Below, piece by piece: positions 27,301 through 36,504 of a stretch of 64,000 nt of DNA (position 1 is its first letter; the number at the start of each line of letters is the position of its first letter). The notes below the pieces were generated by a model. It was not told the origin of the DNA, made no database searches, and saw only the letters and a program-made list of their open reading frames with translations. Made by a program: the position numbers and the translations under genes. Origin of the DNA: Pseudomonadales bacterium (lineage in GTDB: Bacteria; Patescibacteriota; Microgenomatia; UBA1400; PJMF01); assembly GCA_020632255.1 (NCBI GenBank), contig JACKFX010000003.1, positions 48,119 to 112,118 on the forward strand, written 5' to 3'.

Positions 27301-28104
27301 TATCAGCTTTTTTATAACATTGCCATTCGTGATAGATTTGTTCCTGTGATTGATATGGCAAGTGGAGAATGTATCTTAACTGAAGAAATATTTGATGCTC
27401 TTAGAGTAAAAAATGAGTTGATTTTAGAAGTTGTATCTGGGAATCCGACGCCAGAAGAACTTATTGCAGCATTTAAAGAGTCATTTTTCTTGAAAAAGCT
27501 GTATGATGCCCCCGCCTATGTGCTTGAAGGCATTTCGCTTGAACAACATACAATTACTGTACTAAGACAGTTCATGAGATATTTCTTTGAATCTGATTTA
27601 GGAGTGCTTTCAAAAGACGAGTTTTTGGTTCTTTTTGCGTTACATGATATAGGTAAACCATTAGCAAAAGTTATTGCAGGAACATCAACAGCTCAACACA
27701 TTTTTACACAAGCTTTGGTTACACCATTGTTAATGAGGATGGGATTTGATCAACTAACTGTTGATACTATTATTTCTATTGCAAGCCAGGACATTTTAGG
27801 GTTATATATGCAGGGTAAGATAGAGTTGCAGGATGCCGCTAAAAGAATTGTTGATTTATCGTTTGAACTTGGGTTAGATATCAACAAGTTGCTCAAAACA
27901 CTCAAAGTATATTATTTGTGTGATGCAAGTTCTTATACGCAAGATGCTTTAGATGTCTATGGAAAGAAGGGCTTCTTAAACCATCTTTTTAAGTTTGATC
28001 GAGAAAAAGATGCAGAGACTGGTACTCTAGCACTAGAGTCTCAGCAAGAAGTTAAGCTTTTTGAGCTTGAGAACGAAATTAGAAACGTCTTACAGTCAAA
28101 GTAA
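24307..28104 (+). CDS. orphan 1265-aa protein, mostly alpha-helical/acidic, with a C-terminal HD-phosphohydrolase-like motif
   Basis: Uninterrupted 3.8-kb ORF in an AT-rich stretch. Near the C-terminus, ..EQHTITVLRQFMRYFFESDLGVLSKDEFLVLFALHDIGKPLAK.. has H..(28 aa)..HD(I)GK, the core HD-domain signature. No P-loop was seen. Confidence 0.65.
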   Translation: MNEILNYLNIGGAHKEKEKSELHAEEAEAYERYKKLRSQFGVSENQPYNALVKKRTLDISSYIKFHIQETAASTPAETDEASFEDEIASEEGLISHLHSALGEGYKASRQEHVQKLTELGVAYADKVLRVYERGLVFARNGAYKLEFDQETIDSELAKTISYDLDQMYAFLESEQSINFLGKCENFPLAYDRARELFGKNANKLDAQDKKTPALLNLLAGVPQETYQKNLSVIKQYSFLYPPVAEGTFIEFSTPYIEILMNGITESEQMTFNAVMKIGKILGDKKLVGHPIVSKGPKEILASEEDILNELETLEVLIYSLKDNPDLLAAVMEDPSTVYSNLKSLRGVAFWQDFVAILVKLSADGWGVNVEDAYDLLKADRSGKNRVDSICGNIRKSNWANSRLFDAEQREYWLFLQDIRSQERAEQNIISIDEVAMLQSFIRPDTSNLFFNITEIIIRNTEDPFQRKDVFNLLCEQKDGLGFGIHVDEVSAYLDSIDEKTADEVDARFIKVWQHCQNKGILNVVFFPEFLFSVMNRVDELFDANNEPLYLLYFEFLQYVKSLPLDSTSLFKTIQDTVLSKEEPFTELSKLVTDNVDTQFLENLQLYVRVIEIFKEENIKDWKNYHIQFFDYLLQVDDKEEVLADIKTVLANSDIPDFAKIYRVFERVYLQEGVSSYGSRFITQAPDGLSDVVVSPELEKASQRKKAFLLYTDLLRIHVDSNNDSLRAYLRLFSEVQQLIDTLETDGVVSLGEKDKLQLFRVFSKYDGLFGQTKLPQFEFDLGTINPEEIDDILILSLQKLYAQFAVPDGMRLSDRVTEIFARTLGVSSIEELLNRMDTVTKESDTKNRARVEQGSFSFETGDLCTSVNVDECAEILEDGLTAPEFLKEKIARNHLLFSLELLSIGNIEDRDQKQISADLQQELQLGKNDVALVFTEINQVVSDESATKSRAKHEVFDIEQAVGIGSVFGRKGVRTGLSSSELSAILVTPSMRENGQKMYQLFYNIAIRDRFVPVIDMASGECILTEEIFDALRVKNELILEVVSGNPTPEELIAAFKESFFLKKLYDAPAYVLEGISLEQHTITVLRQFMRYFFESDLGVLSKDEFLVLFALHDIGKPLAKVIAGTSTAQHIFTQALVTPLLMRMGFDQLTVDTIISIASQDILGLYMQGKIELQDAAKRIVDLSFELGLDINKLLKTLKVYYLCDASSYTQDALDVYGKKGFLNHLFKFDREKDAETGTLALESQQEVKLFELENEIRNVLQSK

Positions 28105-28522
28105 ACAATACTTTTGTCATTATTTTTATGAGTGAAAACCCAAAAAATACAATAAAGAAGTTTGTTCCATAATAGGTAGGCCCTAGAATTAGTATTAGTG
28201 ATATTGATGTAGTACCTGCAAGTCTTGAAGATGCACTACACAAGTTAAAGATTGAGAAAAATATTACGTTTAGTAATGTTGATGAAGTAATAGATTACTT
28301 AAAAAGAAGACAAAATATATTTCCTAATTTGTCTATAATCAAATTATCAGTTATTTGCGCTACTCAGTTAATAATAGTTGTTAGATCTTATATATCTAAT
28401 GTGATTTTTTTGGTACTGTGATAGAATACAAGCCGTATGAGTAAACAAAGAATAGTAAACCAAAAAAACTGGTGGACTTCCTAAACTAAGGGAGTGGTTT
28501 GTTGGCGCTAATTTTCAACTTG

Positions 28523-28545
28523 TACTCCCGCTTGGGAGTATTTTT
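28523..28545 (+). terminator. hairpin TACTCCC-gctt-GGGAGTA + TTTTT
   Basis: Read directly. The same stem sequence recurs at 10015-10040 and 11551-11575. Confidence 0.5.
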
Positions 28546-28592
28546 CTTTTTGATAGGTTTAATTCCCATAGTAAAAATTTTGGGAGAAAACC

Positions 28593-29327
28593 ATGCAAAA
28601 ACATAAATGTATAGGAATTATTGGTGGAGTTGGTCCTCAGGCTACTGGGTATTTGTATCGTACCTTGATTGATTTAGCTCAAGAGCAGTATGGAGCTCCC
28701 GAAAATCACTTATTTCCTCGGGTATTAATTGTATCTGAACCTGTATTGGACTTTATTTCTTCAAAGGAAAACGTGCCTGTTGCAAGAAAACAAATTTTTT
28801 CAGCCACTGATCAGTTATTGGATGGAGGAGCTACTTGTATTGCAATTGTAAGTAATACCGTTCATTTGTTGGCGTCTGAAGTAGAAGCAGTCTGTGAAAA
28901 AGCTGGAGTCCAGTTTGTTTCAATGCTCAACGTAGTTGCAGAAACATGTGCTACTAGAGGGTTCAGCACAGTTGGTTTATTGGGTAGCCCAGTAACACTG
29001 CAGTCAGACTTGTATGATTTAGCAGTCGCGAAACAAGGTGTTCAACTTTTCAAGCCAAGTGCCAAGGCATATGCGCAATTAGGATGTATAATAAAAGAAG
29101 TGATTGCCGGAAATGTTTCTGCAAAAAACAAAAAAACATTTTTATGTTTGTTGTCGGAACTTTCGAAAGACACTGATGCGGTCATTCTTGGCTGTACAGA
29201 GTTGCCAGTGCTAAATGCCCAACTTAAAACCAAATACATGGTAGTAGATACCAGTAAAGTGCTCGCAATAGCCCTTCTGGAGTATTACTACATCACAACA
29301 GAAACTAATCACGAAGGAAACATATGA
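28593..29327 (+). CDS. aspartate/glutamate racemase family protein (likely aspartate racemase)
   Basis: IGIIGGVGPQAT.., ..CIAIVSNTVHL.. and ..ILGCTELPV.. are the three signature blocks of Asp/Glu racemases. Confidence 0.7.
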   Translation: MQKHKCIGIIGGVGPQATGYLYRTLIDLAQEQYGAPENHLFPRVLIVSEPVLDFISSKENVPVARKQIFSATDQLLDGGATCIAIVSNTVHLLASEVEAVCEKAGVQFVSMLNVVAETCATRGFSTVGLLGSPVTLQSDLYDLAVAKQGVQLFKPSAKAYAQLGCIIKEVIAGNVSAKNKKTFLCLLSELSKDTDAVILGCTELPVLNAQLKTKYMVVDTSKVLAIALLEYYYITTETNHEGNI

Positions 29328-30313
29328 AAAAAAGAGTATTAGCAGGAATGCGACCAACTGGTCGACTTCACTTAGGAAATTACTTGGGTGCTGCCAAGGG
29401 AATGTTGGCGCTTCAGGATGATCCAGATTATGAAACACTATTTACGGTAGTGGATATTCATGCCATTACGACTCCATATGATGCAACTAGTCTCCAGCAG
29501 AGTGTGCGTGATGTTTATTTGGATTATTTAGCAGTTGGTCTCGATCCAGAAAAGAGTGCGATTACAGTGCAGTCTGATTTAGCTGATTTGATTACCCAGC
29601 TGTCGTTTTACTTTTCTTCGGTGATGACGGTGGCTCGGATGCGTCATTTACCAACTTTTAAAGATAAGGTAAAACAACATCCAGACTATGTAACTATGGC
29701 ATTGCTGAACTATCCGTTGTTGATGGCTGCAGATATTTTGATTTACAAAGCTGGCATGGTGCCAGTGGGTATCGACCAAGAACCTCATTTAGAAATTGCT
29801 CGTGAAGTTGCCCGCAAGATGAATGAGCAGTACGGCATGGACTTTCCAGAGCCTGTTCGGTTCGCCACAAAAGGCGAGTATGTTCCGTCAATTCTAGGCG
29901 AGGGCAAGATGAGCAAGTCGGTTGAAGGATCTGCCATTGAATTGGGTGACGATCTTGATACAATCGTTGCTCGTCTTAAGAAAGCCCCAACTGATAGTGG
30001 CAAGGGAGAAACTGTGCCAACTGAGGGTGGTGTGGCCAACTTGCTTCAGTTTGTTGAACTTTTCCAAGGTGAAGCAAAACGCAGAGAGTACGAGGCTGCA
30101 TATGTAGGTGAGGGTATTCGCTACGGAGATCTTAAAAAGGAGCTGGCTGAAGCTATTTTTGCTGAACTACAGCCAATCCAAGAGCGTCGCCGTAAACTTG
30201 AAAATAATCCTGAGTATGTAGATCGCATGATGCGTGAGGGTGCCGAGCGCTCACGCGCAATTGCGGAAGCAACAGTGGCTGAAGTCCGTGAAAAAATGGG
30301 GCTTCGAAAGTAG
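29324..30313 (+). CDS. trpS: tryptophan--tRNA ligase
   Basis: ..AGMRPTGRLHLGNYLGA.. (HIGH-like) and KMSKSVEGS (KMSKS). It overlaps the racemase gene by 4 bp (ATGA). Confidence 0.9.
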   Translation: MKKRVLAGMRPTGRLHLGNYLGAAKGMLALQDDPDYETLFTVVDIHAITTPYDATSLQQSVRDVYLDYLAVGLDPEKSAITVQSDLADLITQLSFYFSSVMTVARMRHLPTFKDKVKQHPDYVTMALLNYPLLMAADILIYKAGMVPVGIDQEPHLEIAREVARKMNEQYGMDFPEPVRFATKGEYVPSILGEGKMSKSVEGSAIELGDDLDTIVARLKKAPTDSGKGETVPTEGGVANLLQFVELFQGEAKRREYEAAYVGEGIRYGDLKKELAEAIFAELQPIQERRRKLENNPEYVDRMMREGAERSRAIAEATVAEVREKMGLRK

Positions 30314-30326
30314 AGTACTATGCACG

Positions 30327-30349
30327 GTGCGCGGCCTGCGGCCGCGCAC
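30327..30349. repeat. GC-rich palindrome GTGCGCGGCC-tgc-GGCCGCGCAC (contains the 19-mer GCGCGGCCTGCGGCCGCGC)
   Basis: The identical 19-mer recurs at 49721-49739. There is no T-run after this copy. Confidence 0.7.
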
Positions 30350-30377
30350 TACATAACAAAAAAACAAAAAGGAAACC

Positions 30378-30707
30378 ATGAAAGACGAAATTCAATACGA
30401 CGATTTTGTAAAATTAGATATTAGAGTTGCCAAAGTTATTGCTGCTGAACCAATTGAAGGCGCAGACAAACTGCTCAAAATCACTTTAGATGTAGGTGAT
30501 TTAGGTGAGCGAACTGTAGCTGCAGGCATTAAAGCTTGGTATGAACCAGAAGATTTGGTTGGTAAAACAGTTACCTATTTGGCAAACTTAGCGCCAAGAA
30601 AACTGCGTGGTGTCGAGAGCCAAGGCATGTTGTTAGCAGGTGGTGAAGAAGAGGTGGCTTTGCTTGCTCCAGAAAAGCCGCTTGTTCCTGGCTCAATTGT
30701 TCGTTAG
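30378..30707 (+). CDS. tRNA-binding protein (Trbp111/CsaA/MetRS C-terminal-like OB-fold domain)
   Basis: ..FVKLDIRVAKVIAAEPIEGADKLLKITLDVGD..RTVAAGIK..YEPEDLVGKTV..LANLAPRKLRGVESQGMLLA is a typical myf/Trbp111 domain. Confidence 0.7.
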   Translation: MKDEIQYDDFVKLDIRVAKVIAAEPIEGADKLLKITLDVGDLGERTVAAGIKAWYEPEDLVGKTVTYLANLAPRKLRGVESQGMLLAGGEEEVALLAPEKPLVPGSIVR

Positions 30708-30793
30708 AATTCGGTATGTTTACGTATGTTTCGCAGTGCGCTGATTTGCGGTTGCAGAAGCATGTCAGCTTTGTGAAAGGCATTTAAGATACT

Positions 30794-32725
30794 ATGACTG
30801 AAAAGAAAAAAGAAACCAAAAAATTTGAAATGAAGATTAACCTCAACGAGTTTTTCAGTAAAGGATTATTGTTTTTACTGATTGCAGTTCTCTTCTTGCC
30901 CTATATTTTAACGTTGTTAAATGGTGGCAGTGTCGAGACAATTTCACTTTCCCAGTTTGTCACTGACGTTCGCGAAGAGAAAGTAGCTGCAGTTGAAGTT
31001 CGTAGAGACGAGTTAACACTTATCTATGAGGATGGGGGTAAAAAAGAGACGAGAAAAGAAGCTGGTCAGACAGTTTCCGAAATTCTTTCGGAAGCTGGTA
31101 TATCTGTAGAACAAGCGGATATCGAGATTAAGGACATCTCATTTGGAACAATGTTGGGTGAGCTAGCGATCAGTGCTATTCCAGTTATCCTAATGATTGT
31201 CGCATTTTTCTTTATTTTTCGCTCAGCCCGAGGTGGCGCTGGGGACATTATGGGTATTGGTAAAAGTAAAGCCAAGCTTTTTGTTAAAGGAAAACAAAAT
31301 AAGAAATTTAGTGATGTGGGTGGAATGGATGAAGCCAAAAAAGAGCTCGAGGAAATTGTTGATTTCTTAAAAAATCCAAAGAAGTATGAGAAGGTTGGCG
31401 CTCGTACACCAAAAGGTGTGTTGTTAGTTGGACCTGCAGGTACGGGCAAAACCTTGTTGGCACGAGCTGTTGCTGGTGAGGCGAATGTGCAGTTCCTCTC
31501 AATAGCTGGTTCTGAATTTATGGAAATGTTGGTAGGTGTGGGTGCCTCACGTGTTCGTGATTTATTTACCACCGCTAAAAAACTTGCTCCATCAATCATT
31601 TTTATTGATGAAATCGATGCTATTGGACGTATGCGCGGCCAGGGTAACATGGGTGGTCATGATGAACGAGAACAAACGCTCAACCAAATTTTGGTTGAGA
31701 TGGATGGCTTTGCTCAGAATGAAAAAGTGATTGTTATGGCGGCTACCAACCGTGGGGATATGCTTGATCCAGCGTTAGTTCGTCCAGGTCGTTTTGATCG
31801 AAGGGTGATGGTTAGACTGCCTGATCTTGATGAGCGTAAATATATCTTAAGCATTCATGCCAAAGGCAAGCCATTTGCAAAGGTGTTCGATTGGGAAAAA
31901 GTTGCCCGTCGAACCGTTGGTTTCTCCGGTGCCGATCTTGAAAACATGCTTAATGAAGCAGCCATTGCAGTTGCACGAGAAGATCGTAGCGAAATTGAGA
32001 TGGAAGACATTGAAGAGGCATCTCTCAAGGTTAAGCTTGGTCCAAGCAAGAAACGTCTCCAAGATGTGCACGAGCGCGAAATGACGGCATACCATGAGGC
32101 AGGACATGCCTTAGTTGCCCATGTTTCACCACACGCTGACCCTGTACATCGTATTTCAATTGTCTCTCGTGGTCGGGCGTTAGGATTTACCTTAACACCT
32201 CCAGAAAAGGACAAGTTACAGACCACCAAGTCTGAGTTGATCGATCGCATTGCAGTACTCATGGGTGGCCGAGCTGCTGAGGAACTCGTTTTTAATGAGT
32301 ATACTGCTGGTGCCAGCAGTGATATTGAACGCGCAACCCGTATTGCTCGAGCAATGGTCACAGAGTACGGCATGAGTAAGCTTGGTCCAATGAATTTCTC
32401 GCCACTATATGAAAGTCAGGATTATGGTCGAGCATGGGGAGAACCAAATAGGGTATCTTTGACGGTTCAGGAGCAAGTTGATGCAGAAACTAAGCGCTTT
32501 CTCGAAGAGGGATATGCTCGAGCATTACAGATTCTTAAAAATGATCGCACCATTCTCGATGCAGTTTCTCAGAAATTGATCGAGCAAGAATCACTAGATG
32601 CTGATGAGTTTGTCAAAATTGTTGGTAAGGATAAACAAAAATTCGAGTACTCACCATTACTCAAGCCCTCAAAGAACGGTAAAAAATCTTCTGAAGATAC
32701 AAAAACCACCGCTAAAAAGAAGTGA
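30794..32725 (+). CDS. ftsH: ATP-dependent zinc metalloprotease FtsH
   Basis: Two N-terminal TM helices, the AAA Walker [19 protein letters not shown], the SRH region, and the zinc motif HEAGHAL. Confidence 0.9.
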   Translation: MTEKKKETKKFEMKINLNEFFSKGLLFLLIAVLFLPYILTLLNGGSVETISLSQFVTDVREEKVAAVEVRRDELTLIYEDGGKKETRKEAGQTVSEILSEAGISVEQADIEIKDISFGTMLGELAISAIPVILMIVAFFFIFRSARGGAGDIMGIGKSKAKLFVKGKQNKKFSDVGGMDEAKKELEEIVDFLKNPKKYEKVGARTPKGVLLVGPAGTGKTLLARAVAGEANVQFLSIAGSEFMEMLVGVGASRVRDLFTTAKKLAPSIIFIDEIDAIGRMRGQGNMGGHDEREQTLNQILVEMDGFAQNEKVIVMAATNRGDMLDPALVRPGRFDRRVMVRLPDLDERKYILSIHAKGKPFAKVFDWEKVARRTVGFSGADLENMLNEAAIAVAREDRSEIEMEDIEEASLKVKLGPSKKRLQDVHEREMTAYHEAGHALVAHVSPHADPVHRISIVSRGRALGFTLTPPEKDKLQTTKSELIDRIAVLMGGRAAEELVFNEYTAGASSDIERATRIARAMVTEYGMSKLGPMNFSPLYESQDYGRAWGEPNRVSLTVQEQVDAETKRFLEEGYARALQILKNDRTILDAVSQKLIEQESLDADEFVKIVGKDKQKFEYSPLLKPSKNGKKSSEDTKTTAKKK

Positions 32726-32743
32726 AAATGGTAGACTGAGGTC

Positions 32744-33733
32744 ATGCTCGATATAAAAGAATTTGAAACGTTAGCCGCCCAGGAAGAGTTTGAAGAACGC
32801 GATCGCTTTATTATTTTCGATGGACATGCACTTTTGTATCGTGCCTATCATGCTTTTCCTGAACTAACTTCTCCTGATGGAACTCTTGTGAACGCGGTAT
32901 ATGGTTTTAGCAGAATACTGTTGGCAGTGATCCGCGACTTTGAACCTGAGTACATTGCTGTGGCCTTTGATCACAAAGCCAAAACCAAACGTGCTGAGAA
33001 GTATGAGGAGTACAAGGCCAACCGACCAGAAATGCCAGATGATTTGAAACCTCAAGTTGAGTTGGTTAAAAAAGTTGTAAAAGCCTTGAATATTCCAACA
33101 TTCATCCAAGAAGGCGAAGAAGCTGACGATTTGATCGGCTCTATCGCCAAGGAAATGCGCAAGTCTGGTCTTTCAGATAACACCCTGACGACAGTTGTTT
33201 CAGGTGACAAAGATTTACTTCAGTTAGTCAGCGAAGATGTTTCGGTGTGGATTCCAGGAAACAAGTGGGTTCGAGACACCGAGTATTTTTTGCCTGAAGT
33301 TGTCAAAAAAATGGGTGTTCGGCCAGATCAAGTGGTCGATCTCAAGGCGTTGATGGGAGATGCTTCCGATAATATTCCTGGTGTGAAAGGAATTGGAAAA
33401 GTAACCGCTCAAAAGTTGCTGACCGAGTTTGGTACACTCGAAAAACTCTATGAAGCAGTTGACCGAATTGTCGAAACTAAAGAAAAGAATGCAGTAGTAA
33501 AAGGTGCTGTGCTTAAAAAATTGGTAGCCGACAGAGAAATGGCATTTGTGAGTCAGGAATTGGCGCGGATTGATCGTGACGTCAAAATAGATTTCGATTT
33601 GAACAAGTGTCGGGTTAGAGATTATGATAAACAAGATGTGATTGATTTGTTCGAATCACTCGAATTTTCATCACTTATTCGTATGTTACCTTCAGATAGA
33701 TTTGAAGAGTCACTGCAAGAGGCGCTGTTTTAA
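32744..33733 (+). CDS. 5'-3' exonuclease / flap endonuclease (stand-alone Pol I N-terminal-domain homologue)
   Basis: ..FIIFDGHALLYRAYHAF.., ..AFDHKAKTKRAEKYEEYKANR.. and ..GDASDNIPGVKGIGKVTAQKLL.. (HhH2) are hallmarks of the Pol I 5' nuclease family. Confidence 0.75.
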   Translation: MLDIKEFETLAAQEEFEERDRFIIFDGHALLYRAYHAFPELTSPDGTLVNAVYGFSRILLAVIRDFEPEYIAVAFDHKAKTKRAEKYEEYKANRPEMPDDLKPQVELVKKVVKALNIPTFIQEGEEADDLIGSIAKEMRKSGLSDNTLTTVVSGDKDLLQLVSEDVSVWIPGNKWVRDTEYFLPEVVKKMGVRPDQVVDLKALMGDASDNIPGVKGIGKVTAQKLLTEFGTLEKLYEAVDRIVETKEKNAVVKGAVLKKLVADREMAFVSQELARIDRDVKIDFDLNKCRVRDYDKQDVIDLFESLEFSSLIRMLPSDRFEESLQEALF

Positions 33734-33735
33734 GT

Positions 33736-34884
33736 ATGAAAAGCACTCAAAAAAACCTCAAGGTTGCCTTAGTACATGATTACTTGCGGGAGTATGGTGG
33801 TGCCGAGCGTGTAATTGAAGCTCTCCATGAAATGTATCCTGAAGCACCCGTGTACACAGCTTTTTTTGATCCCGATGCGTTAGGTATGCATGCCGTCCGT
33901 TTTGCCAATTGGGATATTCGCGAAACGTGGATTACCAACTTGCCTTTTTATAAAAAATTGTTCTCACCATACCGAATTTTTGCGCCAGCTGCCTTTCAAA
34001 GTCTAGATTTGTCGAACTATGACGTGGTGATTTCATCTTCTAATGCGTATTTTGCTAAAGCGGTGACAACTGAAAGCGGTGGCCATACGGCCGTGCACTT
34101 GTGTTATTGCCACACCCCAGCTCGCTCGTTGTATGGATATACAACTATGACTGACTGGAAGCGAAATCCACTCACGCGCATCGCAGGAACATTGATGAAC
34201 CACTATTTACGAGTTATTGATTTCACGGTTGCTCAACGGGACATCCACTTCATTGCCAATAGTGGAGAAACGCAGCGACGAATTGCAAAGTTCTATCGCA
34301 GAGATAGTACAGTGGTGTTTCCTCCAGTCGATGTTGAAAAACTGTCTCCTGCTGTGCAAAAAGCGCTTGGCAAGAAAAAAGGTGAGTACTACTTATACGT
34401 TGGTCGTTTGGCTGCAAGCAAGCATGTCGATCTGGCGATTGAAGCTTGTACAAAGTTGGGCGTGCCGCTTAAGGTTGTTGGTTCTGGCAAAGGTGAGGAA
34501 TACTTGCGAAGCCTGGCAGGCAAGACAGTTGAGTTTTTGGGTGGAGTTTCCGATGAGGTACTCCATGAGGTGTATGCCAATGCAAAAGCATTAGTATTTC
34601 CTGCAGAAGATGAAGACTTTGGTATTGTTCCGATTGAAGCCATGGGGCACGGGGTACCGGTGATTGCACATCGATCGGGTGGGCCTCGAGAGACAGTCTT
34701 AGAAGGTAGAACGGGAATGTTCTTCAATGAGCTGACTGTTGATGGTATGGCTAAGGCAATCACAGCTTTTGAAAAGCAAGCGAAAACATTTGATCGCACA
34801 AAGATTTATGAACATGCTCTCAGTTTCCGGAAAGAGCGATTTCAAAAAGAGATTTCAGATTTAGTGGAAAAAACTATTTCTTAG
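33736..34884 (+). CDS. glycosyltransferase family 4 (GT-B, group 1)
   Basis: ..EDEDFGIVPIEAMGHGVPVIAHRSGGPRETV.. matches the GT4 E-x7-E region. Confidence 0.75.
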   Translation: MKSTQKNLKVALVHDYLREYGGAERVIEALHEMYPEAPVYTAFFDPDALGMHAVRFANWDIRETWITNLPFYKKLFSPYRIFAPAAFQSLDLSNYDVVISSSNAYFAKAVTTESGGHTAVHLCYCHTPARSLYGYTTMTDWKRNPLTRIAGTLMNHYLRVIDFTVAQRDIHFIANSGETQRRIAKFYRRDSTVVFPPVDVEKLSPAVQKALGKKKGEYYLYVGRLAASKHVDLAIEACTKLGVPLKVVGSGKGEEYLRSLAGKTVEFLGGVSDEVLHEVYANAKALVFPAEDEDFGIVPIEAMGHGVPVIAHRSGGPRETVLEGRTGMFFNELTVDGMAKAITAFEKQAKTFDRTKIYEHALSFRKERFQKEISDLVEKTIS

Positions 34885-36289
34885 CGATGGTCACTAAGAC
34901 CACGGTATTTGGACTAAGATGAACGTTGGTGACGAGTGTGCCATCGCTGACGCTGGCTGCTGTCGATTGGAGTTGGCCGTTATGGAACTCTCGGGTAACA
35001 GTGTAACTACCACTTGGCATATCGGTGAGGGTTATTGGCACGGCTTCAGTATGTTTCCCGTAAACATCAAAGTTTGAGAGAACAATTTGAATGTCGCCTT
35101 GGTTATTTTTGGCAGCAAGAGCCTTGACCCAACTACCTTTTCCAAGCAGTTGAAGGCGCTGGTTTCCAATTTTATCGAGAAGTTTGAGGGCATTGTAGCG
35201 GGGTTTGGCGGTAGCGCCAAAGTCATTGTGGGTGAGAAGTCCCCAGCGGCCCCAGAGTTTTTCTCCTTTAGGATCTTTTCCATCTTGGATTTCAAATACG
35301 AAAGCTCGCTCAACGACGCCAACCATTTCGATAGCTCCAGCCACTGTATGCGCAGCCCCGTAGTTATTGTCGTAGCCAGAGTGGTTTTCGCTGTCATGGC
35401 CCCACTCGGTGATATGAAGTTCAAGAGATGGCTCAAGCGTTGGATATGCTTTGAGCCAGGTGCGAACTTCGGTCATGTCGTCACGGTAACGGTCGATACT
35501 GTGATCGTAGCGATGCCAGCTGAAGAAGTCGAAGCGAACGCGATTGTTGACGGCATTTTTTGCTAACGCATCGAACCAATTTTTGTAGAGGGCGGTGGTC
35601 GCGGCGCCGCCGAATTTGTATGGTTTCACCCCAGTAGCACGTGCGGCGCCGCGTGCCGACGCGTTGTAGAGGGTAATATAGTTTCGATCTCCGTAGTATT
35701 TCCAGCCGCCAAAAAGATCTGGTTCATTCCAGACTTCATAGTACACGTTGGCGGTGCCACGGGCTCCACTAATGTGCTCGATGGTGCGTTGGACTACAAG
35801 TTCCCAGTCAGCGTAATTTTGTGGAGGATCGATGATACTGCCCGATGAAATAGCCGGAGGCATGTACGAGAGGGATATGTATGGTGTGGCTCCAACGGCA
35901 GCAATGTCATCAAGTAGCCCATCAAGCTTGCTAAAGTCGAAGGTTAAATTGCCTGGGGAGCCACCAACGATATCATAAAAGTCATAAATATGGTCGATGC
36001 GAATGTATGTTGGGTGGAGGGCCCGAACTTGATTAGTAATTGGCTGTATTCGCCAGGCATGATCTTCACCGCCTTGGGCTAGGTTCCGCCAAGGACGAGG
36101 CATGACGCCAACCACTTTTGTCGCAGATACTTTAATATTGGCTGGTTCACCAGATGCTTCTGAAAAAAATTCTCGCACAACTTTGATTTGAAGGGCGCCA
36201 ACAAGTGCGACAACAACCAAGCCAAGGACTATCATTCCTTGAAAGATAAGTTTCAACCGATTTCGTCGTCTATATTTTGTTACGCGCAT
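34874..36289 (-). CDS. membrane-anchored clan GH-A glycoside hydrolase (GH5/GH39-like)
   Basis: N-terminal TM helix. ..NVYYEVWNEPD.. (acid/base NEP) and ..LHITEWG.. (nucleophile TE) are positioned as in (beta/alpha)8 GH-A enzymes. Confidence 0.55.
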   Translation of the reverse strand: MRVTKYRRRNRLKLIFQGMIVLGLVVVALVGALQIKVVREFFSEASGEPANIKVSATKVVGVMPRPWRNLAQGGEDHAWRIQPITNQVRALHPTYIRIDHIYDFYDIVGGSPGNLTFDFSKLDGLLDDIAAVGATPYISLSYMPPAISSGSIIDPPQNYADWELVVQRTIEHISGARGTANVYYEVWNEPDLFGGWKYYGDRNYITLYNASARGAARATGVKPYKFGGAATTALYKNWFDALAKNAVNNRVRFDFFSWHRYDHSIDRYRDDMTEVRTWLKAYPTLEPSLELHITEWGHDSENHSGYDNNYGAAHTVAGAIEMVGVVERAFVFEIQDGKDPKGEKLWGRWGLLTHNDFGATAKPRYNALKLLDKIGNQRLQLLGKGSWVKALAAKNNQGDIQIVLSNFDVYGKHTEAVPITLTDMPSGSYTVTREFHNGQLQSTAASVSDGTLVTNVHLSPNTVVLVTIAKK

Positions 36290-36383
36290 ACAGTATTCAG
36301 TGTAGCATTTTTACCTGGGGGGACCCAAGTGGAAAAATTTTATGAGGAGCGGCAATCTGTCACAATAATAGAGTGTTCATTTC

Positions 36384-36418
36384 TTGACATTTTAGCAATC
36401 TCAAACTATTATTGCTAA
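36384..36418 (+). promoter_or_regulatory. TTGACA -35 box plus CIRCE-like operator TTAGCAATC-N9-TATTGCTAA upstream of hrcA
   Basis: A 9-N9-9 inverted repeat (8/9 complementary) at 36392-36418. It lies inside the N-terminal extension of the ORF-track hrcA call, which argues for the downstream start. Confidence 0.65.
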
Positions 36419-36504
36419 TACAGCACTTCTATTATGTGCGCGGAGCGCAAAAAGATGAAAAAATCGATATCGTACAAACAAGTGCCCGTAGAAATGAGCA
36501 ACCT

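Noticed and set aside
31066-32373. Minus-strand ORFs inside ftsH (31066..31650, 31855..32373 and others)
   Set aside because: Shadow ORFs antisense to ftsH.
34217-34799. ORFs overlapping the GT4 glycosyltransferase (34217..34594 +, 34389..34799 -)
   Set aside because: They are fully embedded in a gene with clear family motifs, so they are likely spurious.
36412-36504. ORF-track N-terminal extensions of hrcA (and likewise tsaD 3626-3673, groES 6771-6794, rpsO 51328-51378, pnp 54300-54335, sodA 62693-62779)
   Set aside because: The extensions are not conserved in the respective families, they cover promoter/operator or RBS sequences, and internal ATGs with better RBS spacing reproduce the canonical N-termini.
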